A DNA stretch of 55,823 bases, counting the filler, from Squatina squatina (Eukaryota): NCBI GenBank assembly GCA_031763465.1. It is 3 parts of 3 records of this genome, joined end to end, with 100 filler letters (N's around TTAATTAATTAA, not from the genome) between each part and the next. Parts side by side here need not be neighbours in the genome. Positions count along the whole stretch, not along the records: positions 30,576 to 55,823 come from JARFOE010000234.1; 2 more parts are not named here. The stretch is one strand, 5' to 3'. Every line of letters begins with the position of its first letter. Within the stretch, counting starts at the first letter, position 1. Positions 35,827 to 48,070 of the stretch are shown here, one piece after another. Below the pieces are notes generated by a model that saw only the letters and a program-made list of their open reading frames with translations, was not told the DNA's origin and ran no database searches. The position numbers and the translations under genes were made by a program.

Positions 35827-37303
35827 NNNNNNNNNNNNNNNNNNNNNNNNNNNNNNNNNNNNNNNNNNNNNNNNNNNNNNNNNNNNNNNNNNNNNNNNNN
35901 NNNNNNNNNNNNNNNNNNNNNNNNNNNNNNNNNNNNNNNNNNNNNNNNNNNNNNNNNNNNNNNNNNNNNNNNNNNNNNNNNNNNNNNNNNNNNNNNNNNN
36001 NNNNNNNNNNNNNNNNNNNNNNNNNNNNNNNNNNNNNNNNNNNNNNNNNNNNNNNNNNNNNNNNNNNNNNNNNNNNNNNNNNNNNNNNNNNNNNNNNNNN
36101 NNNNNNNNNNNNNNNNNNNNNNNNNNNNNNNNNNNNNNNNNNNNNNNNNNNNNNNNNNNNNNNNNNNNNNNNNNNNNNNNNNNNNNNNNNNNNNNNNNNN
36201 NNNNNNNNNNNNNNNNNNNNNNNNNNNNNNNNNNNNNNNNNNNNNNNNNNNNNNNNNNNNNNNNNNNNNNNNNNNNNNNNNNNNNNNNNNNNNNNNNNNN
36301 NNNNNNNNNNNNNNNNNNNNNNNNNNNNNNNNNNNNNNNNNNNNNNNNNNNNNNNNNNNNNNNNNNNNNNNNNNNNNNNNNNNNNNNNNNNNNNNNNNNN
36401 NNNNNNNNNNNNNNNNNNNNNNNNNNNNNNNNNNNNNNNNNNNNNNNNNNNNNNNNNNNNNNNNNNNNNNNNNNNNNNNNNNNNNNNNNNNNNNNNNNNN
36501 NNNNNNNNNNNNNNNNNNNNNNNNNNNNNNNNNNNNNNNNNTATTTGTTAGGCGAGAATTGCCATAAGTTACTTCTTTCTTCAGGTCTTTCATCACCAGT
36601 CGCAGGATTTCCACCTATCTACACCTGGATCAGGTAGGTCCTCTCCATTTATAATCAAGTTGCATTTTTCACACAAGGCTCCATTTGAACAATTTCTAAC
36701 AGCTCAGTATCATAGTACAATAATTATTGACAACAAATTTCTCTGTCTTGAGGAATTAACAATGTGTGTAGATAATATGTAAGATATTAATAGTTGTTTT
36801 CTTTCCCAGACCACTTGAATTTCTTTTTGTAGGTGAGAAGCTTATTAGTGATGGTTTCCCCAACTAATCAAGTTGATTTTTATCAGAGTCAGTTGTGGCC
36901 ACGTGGTTTTCAGGCTGAGCAGGCGGTTTCCAAATCAAACAGCGTGACATGAGGTTTACTGTGTGTTAATACTTTGAGGTGTGTCAATATTTAATTTTGT
37001 GACCTGTAGCTACTTAATGATTTATGATTTTGTAATGAATTTGCCTTTCAATTAAAATGAAGTGGCAGTGGGAAGGACCCTCAGAATTAAAGGCTGCCAA
37101 CAGTGAAAACTTCAAACTATTATCGATTCTCGACAAGCCTTGTGTAAATATTCAGAGTAAAGTAAGTAAGATGATATTAAATACTCAGTCACGAAAGGGT
37201 CATNNNNNNNNNNNNNNNNNNNNNNNNNNNNNNNNNNNNNNNNNNNNNNNNNNNNNNNNNNNNNNNNNNNNNNNNNNNNNNNNNNNNNNNNNNNNNNNNN
37301 NNN

Positions 37304-37385
37304 GAGATAATTCGGTACGAGTACCATGTTGTCTACTCCAGCAGTTACCAGGCACCTGTGCTATATTTCAGAGCTTGTTATTCAG
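37304..37385 (+). CDS. ATG10: ATG10 internal exon (5' part lost in gap)
   Basis: EIIRYEYHVVYSSSYQAPVLYFRACYS then G|GTATGT. Matches recalled ATG10 EVIKYEYHVLYSCSYQVPVLYFRASFL(D). Confidence 0.93.
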
Positions 37386-40300
37386 GTATGTTAAGCTCAA
37401 CATAAATGGAATTTAAGCTTCAGTCAACTTAACATTTCACTGCTTAATGTTTCAATCTCTTTTTCTCCTGCCTTTTAATATACACACCTTGGACCCAAGC
37501 TTTTCTGCCTCTCTCCAGTCCTATTCTCTGGCTTTTAAACATCACTCCCCTCTCCGTTTTCCCATCTCAAATTTTCCTGGCTTGCATTGCTCCTTGGCTC
37601 CACTTTCTGCTGCTCCCCTGTCGAACTCCTCTCCTCCCCCCATGACTTTCGTTGCATCTGAACAGGCTTACAGCATCCCACTCCTTCAACCTAGGTTTCC
37701 TTCACTGTGCTCACTGTAGCACTCACCAGTGCCTCTGCCCCAGTAGGACCCAATTTGCCTTATTCCCCTTGAACACACATTTTCCCTGCCAATACACTTG
37801 CCTGCAGTAAATGTTTCTAACTTCCTTTCTATCNNNNNNNNNNNNNNNNNNNNNNNNNNNNNNNNNNNNNNNNNNNNNNNNNNNNNNNNNNNNNNNNNNN
37901 NNNNNNNNNNNNNNNNNNNNNNNNNNNNNNNNNTGCCCACTGTGTGCACACTGCTCACTGCCCATGATGTAAGCACTTCTCATTTCCCACAGCACATGCC
38001 CTTCCCACCTTACCTGTTAATTCCACACACATGAAAATTGCCCACCATATGGAACTCATGTATGTTGTAATTTCTGGGATATTTTTGACTTCCTTGTTCT
38101 TGTTTTTTTTTCTTTATCTGATAAATAAAATGTGTGCTAATCTTGAAAGTTAAACTTTTATTTATACTGTATCCTCTAGGCCAGGGAAACCTGTCCAGTA
38201 TGTGGAGATAATTGATGCTTTACAATTATATGGAAATGAATGAAAGGAAGGTGTTTCGCTAATAATTCAGATGCCTATAAATGGACCGAATTTGATTTTA
38301 CCCATATTTTCAGAGTATAAAATTAGACATAAACTAACTTAGATTATTAAAGTAAATTAGAATGTTTCAATTGTAAGACCTTTTTTTAAAAAAACAAGTA
38401 GCATGTTTTTCTTTGTGTATTTTCCAGTATGGCAGTTATATTATTAACAAACCATGTGAGGAAATTAATGGCACTTAGTCCACTCATATTCTTGATGGAC
38501 CAACTGATGTTCTTTCAGTTGGCTTTCGTCTCAGCGGGAATCTCTCCTGAGTCGTCATTCATCCATTTTATGTGCACCAACATCCAGTAACTTGTTTTAA
38601 CTGCTTTCGTTTTAAATACTGTAAATCAATTACAACACACAGCTGTTTAATGAAACTTCTGAAATGTTGCTAGAAATCTCTGTGGGCATTTCCTGGTGGC
38701 TCATAATGACACCAATTTGCCACACCTGGCAAGATCTGCTCACACTGAAAGGGGCAATTCTAAAGTTGAATGAAAACTGTTAACCCTTTGAGTCTTGCAA
38801 TATCAGTTCCAGAGCACGAGGGTCTAAATTTGCTATTATTTTTAAAAAATGATTATTTTAGATTCCCTAATTTCGAAGCGACTGCCAATGTACCATAATT
38901 TGCTAAATTCAACATTACCCTATAGGTTCTACCATATCAACTATTTATTATGTGAATGTAGTTCTCCATTTGCAGTCCATACTGTACATCACTGAGCACA
39001 GTTTCTTCATTTTGTGGATTATGAGTTAATAACCCTTTGTTTTATAGATTTTACCTGATTGAATTTGAAATGTCATCTTTTCATTTTACTTGTTAGCAGT
39101 ACGTTGATTTTGAAATTGCTACTGATTGTGGAAGTGACCCATCAATCACAGTTTACCTTCCGTAATGAATTTCTCACCCTTTTCCATCTGCTAAATTGCC
39201 GCCTTAAATCTACGTGTGCTGGGAGGAAAACCTTGGAGTCATGCAGAGCAATAACGCAGAGGTTCCAAAGCACACTGCACGGACTGGGCGCTCAGTGCCC
39301 TCATAAAGGGCTTTCATGAACAGTTAGCTGACAATTTTATGCTGAAGGGGCCCTGTAACAAATCAGCTAAGAATGAACTCTGGCTGCATCAACATTGAGA
39401 CCTGGAAGGAAGGCCATAAAGAGTTCTATGATTTAAAAAAAGACAGCCGATGTAAAAATGACCGTGACTAATAAAGGACGTGGGACATTATTAGCAGGGA
39501 ATTTACAATTGTGAATGGTTAGAATTTATGAATGAAGCACTGTTTTTATGGAAAACGTCAACATTCTGTGGATCAAATTGTCTCTCCCAATACAGGAAAA
39601 AAGTTCCTGTTTGGCTTTTGCTTAGTTTATGAATAAATTTGTCTAAATCTGAAATACTTGTGCGNNNNNNNNNNNNNNNNNNNNNNNNNNNNNNNNNNNN
39701 NNNNNNNNNNNNNNNNNNNNNNNNNNNNNNNNNNNNNNNNNNNNNNNNNNNNNNNNNNNNNNNNTTGCATCTGTGTTTTCTTTGTTTTACTGAAACTTCT
39801 TGGAAAAACTGTTGGCCTTGTTTTACAGTGACTGAAGTTTTTGGTCAAAACATCTCACTGGCCAAATTTTTAAAGCTGCCATTTAACAAAAGTCTCTGAG
39901 GGAATTTAAGTTTTGTTGGCCTTGTCAGAGTCTTCATGACCACTATCTTCAGTCTTTGCCAATGTACCACTATTTTAAGGACTACCTACCCTGAAGGAGT
40001 TTCCTCACCAGGGCAGGGAAAGGGTGATTTAAGCAGTGAAAAACTATATTGAAAGATAGATGGCTGAAGTAGATTTGAATTATGCTAATACTTTATTGCT
40101 GGGGAGGAACCCAGGATGTCAACACGTCACAAAGGAGAAGTTTGATCATTAATTTAGAAACCATACAGATTTAGGTAAGAAATTGACACTTCTAGGAAAG
40201 GAGCCAGAGACCAATGACTGAAACAACTCTCTGGGACCAGAAAGTTGCCCGGGATCAGTTCCAAATCTTTGCTTGCCCTCACTGTTAAACACGAGATTCA

Positions 40301-41029
40301 TAAACCTAAGGCTTTACAGCCTATCTGAATTTGCAGATGTTTTGGGCACAGACCCAGTACGATTGTAACTGCTGCTGACTTTGAGTGCACCAGTCTTTCT
40401 GGCTTTATCAGTAGATGTGTCTCTATTGGTGAGGATGATCACAATGGGACTGGCAGCCAGATGTGCAGACTTAAAGAAAATCACCGAACAAATATAAATA
40501 ATAACAAAAATGCATCCTTGTCAACGCTAACAAAAAAAACCTTACTTTTATGGGACCTTGCTGAGCTCAATTAGCTTCTGTGTTTGTCTACAAAACAAGT
40601 AATTACATCAAAAAGTAAATCTTTGGATTTGAAGCACTTGAAATTTTTGAGAAGGTGATATATAAATGCAATTTATTTAATTCTGTAACAATTGACTTAA
40701 AAAGTAATAAAATTACCTGAATATATGGTCATTGAAGTGTTCATTCTGTGGAACTTTTTTGGTGTATTCTGTTGCTAATATCTGGTTTTAGTCGGTTTTT
40801 GAAATAAGTGGGTACCCATTTGTTATGCTCTTCTGATTTAAAAGTGGTTTATTGTGATATTTTCAAAACTGTTTTAAGACTGCTGTTTCATAGTACAATT
40901 AGAAACAGTAATATAATTTATTTTACATAGTCTGGAAATGTGTTCCCGTGCTCTCTCTGATCCAGTTAGTCTTCACTTCACTCCCAGGTAGTTTATTTGA
41001 TACAGTATACTAAGGTTTTCTATAGTTCT

Positions 41030-41126
41030 TAAGGCTAAAGGGATCTGGAGAGAAAGCAGGGACAGGGTACTGAATTTGGAAGATCAGCCATGATCTCATT
41101 GAATGGCGGAGCGGGCTCGAAGGGCC
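41030..41126 (+). mobile_element. CR1 LINE 3' UTR fragment
   Basis: gatcagccatgatctcattgaatggcggagcgggctcgaagggcc, a CR1-type tail. Confidence 0.6.
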
Positions 41127-42470
41127 NNNNNNNNNNNNNNNNNNNNNNNNNNNNNNNNNNNNNNNNNNNNNNNNNNNNNNNNNNNNNNNNNNNNNNNNNN
41201 NNNNNNNNNNNNNNNNNNNNNNNNNNNNNNNNNNNNNNNNNNNNNNNNNNNNNNNNNNNNNNNNNNNNNNNNNNNNNNNNNNNNNNNNNNNNNNNNNNNN
41301 NNNNNNNNNNACACTTGAGATGGTTAGAGGCTCTACACCCAACAGAACATGGCATAAAATTCACCACAAGTACAGGACCCAGGGTTTAACCCGGTCCCAG
41401 CCATTCAAGATCACTCCTCTTTAAGTTAGAGAACAGCTACAGCTTTTCGGTGTCTCCATGTTTTAATAACCCTATATGTAGAAAGAATTTCTTCTAATTT
41501 ACCTTTCCATTCTTCTAATGATAACCCTGAGTTTGTGCCCCTTGTTACCAATTCACAAACCAGTCGAAATTATCGTCCACTATTTACACTTTCAAACCTT
41601 TTCATCATTTTGAAAATCTTTGTTCGATTCCCCCCTCCCCCAAACCTTCTGTGTTCCAATGAAAAAGCTCTAATCTTTCACACCTTTCTTCATTGCGCAT
41701 TCATGGTATAATTCTAGTGAATCTTCACTCTCTGCTTTCCATGGTTTTAATATTCTTCCTGCAATGCAGTGCCTAGAACTGTGATTGACTGCTGTAACTT
41801 CAGTGAAATATCAACATTTATACTGTTTCTCCAGGGTTTCTACGGACCTTCTACCTAAATTACAGCAATCAGGAGACTCCCCCCACCCCCGTCCAAAATT
41901 CAAACCCCAAATTTTGTGAAAGCTACAGTATCATGTGCCTCCATTCTAATTAATGTATGTAGTTCATTGAGTCTTTATAATGCTTTGCACATTTGCATAT
42001 AAGCACTGGAACCCTGACCCTTTTGTATTCCTAAGTATGCTTTTCCTTCTGTTTTTCAATCATTATTTCTTATTCTTTCCTTTTCTTATTTGCCATAAGT
42101 TACATCTCTTCATAACCTCCTTAAACTTACTATTTTAGACTACTTTGACCCATCACTTTATTCTTAATCCAACCATATATTCTCTAGCCTTTACCTTTCC
42201 CCTTGCTTTGCAAGTTTAAATCATCCTTGAATTCTTCAGTTCTAAAAGAGTTAAGTAAATTAAAAGTTCATTATACCTACAATAATACAAAGAAAACTTT
42301 AAAAATTTGGGAATAGGTATAATGGATACAGGGAAACAACAGGGATTGCAGGAGATAGCCTCAGTGTGCAGCTGGCACAGGTACATTGGGCCGAATGGTG
42401 GCTTCCTGTGGTGAAACCTCTGTAAAACAATAACTTGGTTCTTAAACATCTTTTTGCATTTATTTGTCAG

Positions 42471-42568
42471 GAGCACCATTTACTTGGCCAACCATTTTTC
42501 GTTCTTCATCCTTGTCGAACATCTGAATTAATGACTCCAATAATGGATGGTGCCACACAGGAGCAGAG
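42471..42568 (+). CDS. ATG10: ATG10 exon with catalytic HPC motif
   Basis: tgtcag acceptor, GTAAAG donor, 98 bp. EHHLLGQPFFVLHPCRTSELMTPIMDGATQEQ(R) versus human EHPILGQPFFVLHPCKTNEFMTPV. Confidence 0.95.
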
Positions 42569-44619
42569 GTAAAGTGTTTTAACAGGGAGTCTGTTGAGCT
42601 TCTAACATTGGTACCAGTTGAACGCAGGTGAATTAGAATGCATTGAATTACTATTAGGACAATGAAAATGGATGTTAGCATTTTTAAGCAATTAGATCTA
42701 CAGTTTAGATAAGAACAAATGGATTTCTGGCTCTTCTGACTTGATAATGAAGAGTAAAGTGAGGTGGATAAACAAGTGTAGTTAACTGTTGAGTACAAAG
42801 TTTTTCTGAAACTTTTCAAAATCTGAGGCCATTTTTCATTATCTGGCACCTACGGGTAGGGAATGAAAAGTAAATGATTATGCTGTTCATTATAAATAAC
42901 ACAACACAAATATTTCTTAATTTATGTTTTAATACAAGTTTTTTTTTAGATTATTTCAAGAAAATTATACATAATAAATTATTTAACCCTTTAAAGATAA
43001 TTGATCTCTCCATAGACCTATAGTAAAGTTTTACAGTTGGTCTCGTGCTTTCTGTCTCTTAAAAATGTAAAACATTTGTAAAACTGCATTATGTTTTAAC
43101 TTTTCTTTTGCTTTCAGTGATGAGGCATAATTCCTTCAGGACAACTATCTTTGACCTTCATCAGCTTTAACAAAGCAGCAGGCTAAAACATCCTGAAGTA
43201 ATTATGGTTCAGCAGCACAAGGCAGGAGAAACTTTGAACGTATGGAGAGTCTTTGGTGTGTTTAAAAAAAAAAGGCATAGAACAAGAGAGAGTGCACTAA
43301 AATTCCACAACTATTAGATGTGCTGACTAATGTCTCCAAAATAACTAGCTTTACTCGTTCGTTCTTCTCAGAAGTTTCAATACATCCATCATCCAATAGT
43401 AAAATCACAGGGACGATGACCCTTTCAAGTTTTAATCTTCTGTAGTCTTGGAAGAGATGTACAGTATTTCCTGACTCATGCTGTATAAATGGGACGGTAG
43501 CAGACTGTGAAGCAAAGACAAGGATTCAGAATAACTTACACTTCCTGTGCTTAGAATGGATCACTCTATTCTAACTTGGAGTTTCAGTGACGTCATCATC
43601 TTAATTTGGCAAAAAAAAATTTGCATCAGTATATATTTCTACAATTCTATTTTTTTTTGTTCATAAAACAGTTCCACCGTTCACAAACTAGGTCTCCCAG
43701 TCCATGCTTGCTTTAGGTTTTGCTAGTCCTCATATGGGGTCATTCCAGAAACTAAATATCATTGTTGTTACTTTCTACTGAAACACAACTTCGGAAAATG
43801 TAAAACTTGCTGCTTTTTTTAGATGGTCTTATTCATTCTTACCTCCAGTCACTGAAATATGACCTTTGGGCGTCAGCCTGCAGCCGAAAGATGAATTCTT
43901 TTGCGTCAGATAAGGATTTGACTAGTATGGCAAAGTAGTCATTAATAGGGAAAATTTGTCTTTTTAACAACAGTAACTGCACTTCAGAAGTTATCCATTG
44001 ATTGTAAACTGCTTTGGTACGTCCTAAGAACGTGACGAGGTGCTATATAAGTGTAGATTCTTTCTTTACCTATTATAAGAGCATAAATGAGAAGAAATCT
44101 ATTTTGTGGGGGTATTGGAAGAAAACAGGTCAATAACTTGGCAGTCTTTCTCCAACTTTCACCCTGAGGCATTAATGTCACCGATTCTCTGACCTGGAAC
44201 TTGTGATTGCCCTTACTAGCTCTTGTGGTTCCAAGAAAGACCATAGATTGTTGGTCAGCAACTTCTGCATCTCTGGGGAGTTGCTGGTTGAATGATCAGA
44301 CTGCACCAAAGCTAGAATTAACTCTGTGAAGTCCTCTGATTAGAAAGCTTATCCCAACACCCATCACCACCACCACTGTCATCAATTAAGTTAATTATGT
44401 AAGAATTTCTTGATGGCAACCACTGAGGATCTGACGTAGTTAGTTTAACCAAATCGACACAGACTTTGGCCTCAGCTTCAGCTTAGGAAGAGTTATCATT
44501 GCTACACAACTTAAGGTTCAGACTGCTTCACATACTTTCAGGTTTCAGCTTTCAGCTTTGGGGTTTCTGATTCAGAAAGGATGAGTCAGCACCTCTCGCA
44601 CTCAGACCTTAAAATCTCT

Positions 44620-44764
44620 GAGGTCAGAAGTGGGGATGTTTGCTGATGACTGCACAGTGTTCAGTGCCATTGGCAACTCCTCAGATCATGAAGCGGTCCA
44701 TGCCCGCATGCAGCAAGACCTGGACAACATCCAGGCTTGGGCTGATAAGTGGCAAGTAACATTC
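44620..44764 (+). mobile_element. CR1/L2-clade reverse transcriptase fragment
   Basis: EVGMFADDCTVF...MQQDLDNIQAWADKWQVTF, containing the FADD catalytic motif. Confidence 0.85.
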
Positions 44765-46619
44765 NNNNNNNNNNNNNNNNNNNNNNNNNNNNNNNNNNNN
44801 NNNNNNNNNNNNNNNNNNNNNNNNNNNNNNNNNNNNNNNNNNNNNNNNNNNNNNNNNNNNNNNNTAAAGGTTCATCATAACTTCCTTGCTTTTGTATCAT
44901 ATACTTCTATTCATGGCATTTCATCTACTTTTATGGGGTGCCATAAATTCAATATGAAATGGCTTGTTTTAAATTCTCGTAACCTCAAGCTAAGATAGAC
45001 AAATGATCTCCTAATAACCATTGAGGGAGCCACTTCTCATGTACAATTCTAACCCATAATCCAAGTATGCACTAAGTACATGTCCTTTTTGGAGAATAAA
45101 TCCTTTATCCACTGAAACTCATCCAAGAAATTGGACGCTTGGGGCCAGAAGGTGCTCTTGCAGGGCACGCTGCAAACAAGATTAGCTACATATGGTAACA
45201 TTTATCAGTTAGCAGTGGATGAGAACTGACCTGCCGTTAGGCTGGCCCAAGTTTCTGTGATTGATAACACATTGCAGGGATGTAAGGCAGTTAATATGTA
45301 GACTGTAAAGCTGTTTCAACGCTTGAAGTAAGAGCACTTATTGACTCTTCTAGTGTGCGGGTGCCTGGTTACTGATCTCAGATCTGTTTGAGGATCTGCA
45401 GTCAAAGGCGTTGAAGCTTCTTTGAGGAAAGACTGATACTTGTAAAAAGGTTAAGTAATTGCTAAGGTGTTGTGAGAAACTCCAGCAAACCACCGCAGTA
45501 ATAAACACCAATGAGCAACAAACTCCTTNNNNNNNNNNNNNNNNNNNNNNNNNNNNNNNNNNNNNNNNNNNNNNNNNNNNNNNNNNNNNNNNNNNNNNNN
45601 NNNNNNNNNNNNNNNNNNNNNNNNNNNNACGGAAGTATTTTAAAATCCATAGGTAGGGGAGGTAGGATAGGAGAAAGAGCCCAAGGTGGTTTTATTATAA
45701 CTATTTGACAATTGCTGTAAGGTTAATTAAATAAACAAACAAATATAGTGAGCTGTGCAGGAAGGATATAAAGCTTAGTGGATGAAATTTTGCTTTGCCA
45801 TATTAGTAACAAATGAGTTAACATATTCAGATGTAATTCCTTGGTTAATTATTTGAACAAAGGCATTAACTATGTTATTTTAAATGGGTTAACTTTTGTT
45901 AAAATAACAAACAGAATGACTTAATTTGAGTGCATTAATGGTTGGTTACTAATGTTGCACAGTGTGATTTCAAGCATTTGTTTCCAATATAACTAATAAC
46001 TGTTTATTAAAAGGTGCCGTGGAATGGTCAGATGAGGATCCATGCCTGTGATTGTCCAGCGGACAAATTGTCAGTGTTGGAAAGACAGTGAGGGAAGAGA
46101 GGTGAGCAAGGTTCTTCCCTACAGAGGTGGAGAAAACTGGAGGCAAGATCCACATGGGCTGATTTTGTGTTCCATTTAACAGTTGGTGACAGATTAGTAT
46201 TGGCAGAGGTCTAGTGGTAGCTTCCCATCTGCCCTCTTGTATCAAGTTGTAGTCAAGAAAAGGCAAATATTCACAGGGTTTATTTCGGCTTATTTGTAGA
46301 ATACTGTAAATTTACAAACATTGTAGTTCCACACCCTGCTCTGTAGCATTCTGTTTTAGAGTTATATAGGGAAAAATGAGTCATGGTTGACAGTCAGACT
46401 GCTAAGGACGTTAACAATGTGAAAGAATTGAAGTACATTCTTCAAAGAATGAGATGCAAGGATTTTTTAGTATGAATTTAGTACTAGGCGTTGGTTGTGT
46501 CTCTGTTAGATTTGCACTGTCTGGTTTCTTCAACTTATTTTGTCTCAGCAGTATAGAAATGAGAGTGGGTAGGAAGGTTAGAAATCTAATTAGGGCTTCC
46601 TCTCAATGGTTCATCGAGC

Positions 46620-47010
46620 TTATCCACTGAGGAGCTGAATGATTATAGACCAGGAAGCATCCAGATTCGAACCTAGCCTGTGCTGAATTAGCTGATCTCA
46701 GCCACAGCAGTGGTAGGGGTGCTAAAATTGGCATCAGCACTCCCGGATTAAAGAGTGGAAAATCAGCTAAGGTTGCTGCTTCTGATCATTATCCAGCGAT
46801 CCCTGTTGGAAGTGAATTGTGTATGGATGAGGACTGCATAGGGTTTGTCTGTGACCCCCCCTCCCGTTGATGGTGGAATAGCTTGCATGCACTCACCGTA
46901 GATGTGAATAATGGGCAATTGAGCAAGGCCCTGGAGAGCACCCTGTGCCCAGTGAGCCATATCCTAGCAAGGAGTCAATTCCTTCAGGAAAGGGGAGTGG
47001 AGAAAACTGG
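46620..47010 (+). mobile_element. SINE-like interspersed repeat; second diverged copy at about 52940-53220
   Basis: B-box-like gattcgaacc. Shared body (ggtaggggtgctaaaattggc / ggtagtaaggctgctacaattagc; gttgctgcttctgatc / attgctgcttctggat). Confidence 0.55.
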
Positions 47011-47414
47011 TGAGTAAAGAGAAAAAAATGTAACGAGACAAAAAGCATTGCAGCGCTCAAACTCTGCCTTTTAGACATGTCTAAAAATGTGACTGGTTTC
47101 TGCTGATTGGAAACACATTTCAGAGTTACTGACATTCAGATTCAGAATACTTCGGGCTGTATGAGCTATGCTGCCATGCAGGCAATCCTTTTGTAATTCA
47201 TTATGAGTGCCTTTGAAAATGTCCGTTTTACTTCTACTTGTTCTACATGGTAATGCAAAGCATTCACTTTTCAGGTTGCATACACTGTTTTGTTTAAATC
47301 CCCTAAGACAGAAAGCAAAAATATTTCAAAATTGTAAACACCTATAATTAAAAAAATGCAATGCATCTTTTTTTGAAGAAAATGCCATGCTTATTTTATG
47401 TTTCTTTTGTTTAG

Positions 47415-47526
47415 GAATGTAAATTACATCACAAGCTGGCTGAGCATGATGGGGCCAGTAGTGGGACTCGACTTGCCGTTGAGCTATGCCACAGCTGTGT
47501 CACAGGGCATTTTTGGCCCAGATTGA
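47415..47526 (+). CDS. ATG10: ATG10 last coding exon
   Basis: ttttgtttag acceptor, phase-compatible with 42568. NVNYITSWLSMMGPVVGLDLPLSYATAVSQGIFGPD* versus human NVNYITSWLSIVGPVVGLNLPLSYA. Confidence 0.95.
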
Positions 47527-48020
47527 AGAAAGTATGTGTGTACAAGAAATTTATTTTCCACAATCCATTTTCAGTTTAACATTGTTTGAACAGAAGCTAA
47601 TGTGTGGAGCGGAATTGGGCAAATTGCACAAGGGGGTAAAAAAGAATCAAGAATTGTGTTTTTTTTTGTAGGGAATGTTTGTAATGAGAATTATAAATAT
47701 TACAGATCTCTGCTGTGTAGATGTTTCAATTATCAACAATGTCACTTAGCTTGTTAAATTTTAATGCTGAATGTTTTGTCCATGAGAAACAGGAAAGGTG
47801 GGGGCTGTATTGCAGAGAGTAAAGTGGAAATGTTTTTGAGAGCAAAGTGGTAGTGATCTGATGAATAGAGTCATGGGGATTGAATGTATGTGAGTATATC
47901 AGTTATTCCAGTTTGATCAAAAACAGTTGGCTGTTCTAGCTGTTACGCAGCAGGGATTCCCAAATAATGTTCATATTGATAAATTTTAACATACATTAAC
48001 ATTTCTGTTTTCTTTTTCAG

Positions 48021-48070
48021 GCCACCAGTTCAATATAAAACAATTAAATTTCTCATTTAATATATATAGA
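48021..48070 (+). other. ATG10: Candidate ATG10 non-coding terminal exon
   Basis: GTATGT donor 5 nt after the stop (47532), strong acceptor tttctttttcag at 48020, and ATTAAA just downstream. Confidence 0.45.

Noticed and set aside
21983-36637. Long ORFs in the track at 21983-22652 and 35744-36637
   Set aside because: They consist almost entirely of N-derived X residues.
37386-42470. Loss of the ATG10 exon encoding DGRPL...TITQQ
   Set aside because: Three gaps fall in this interval, so absence is uninformative.
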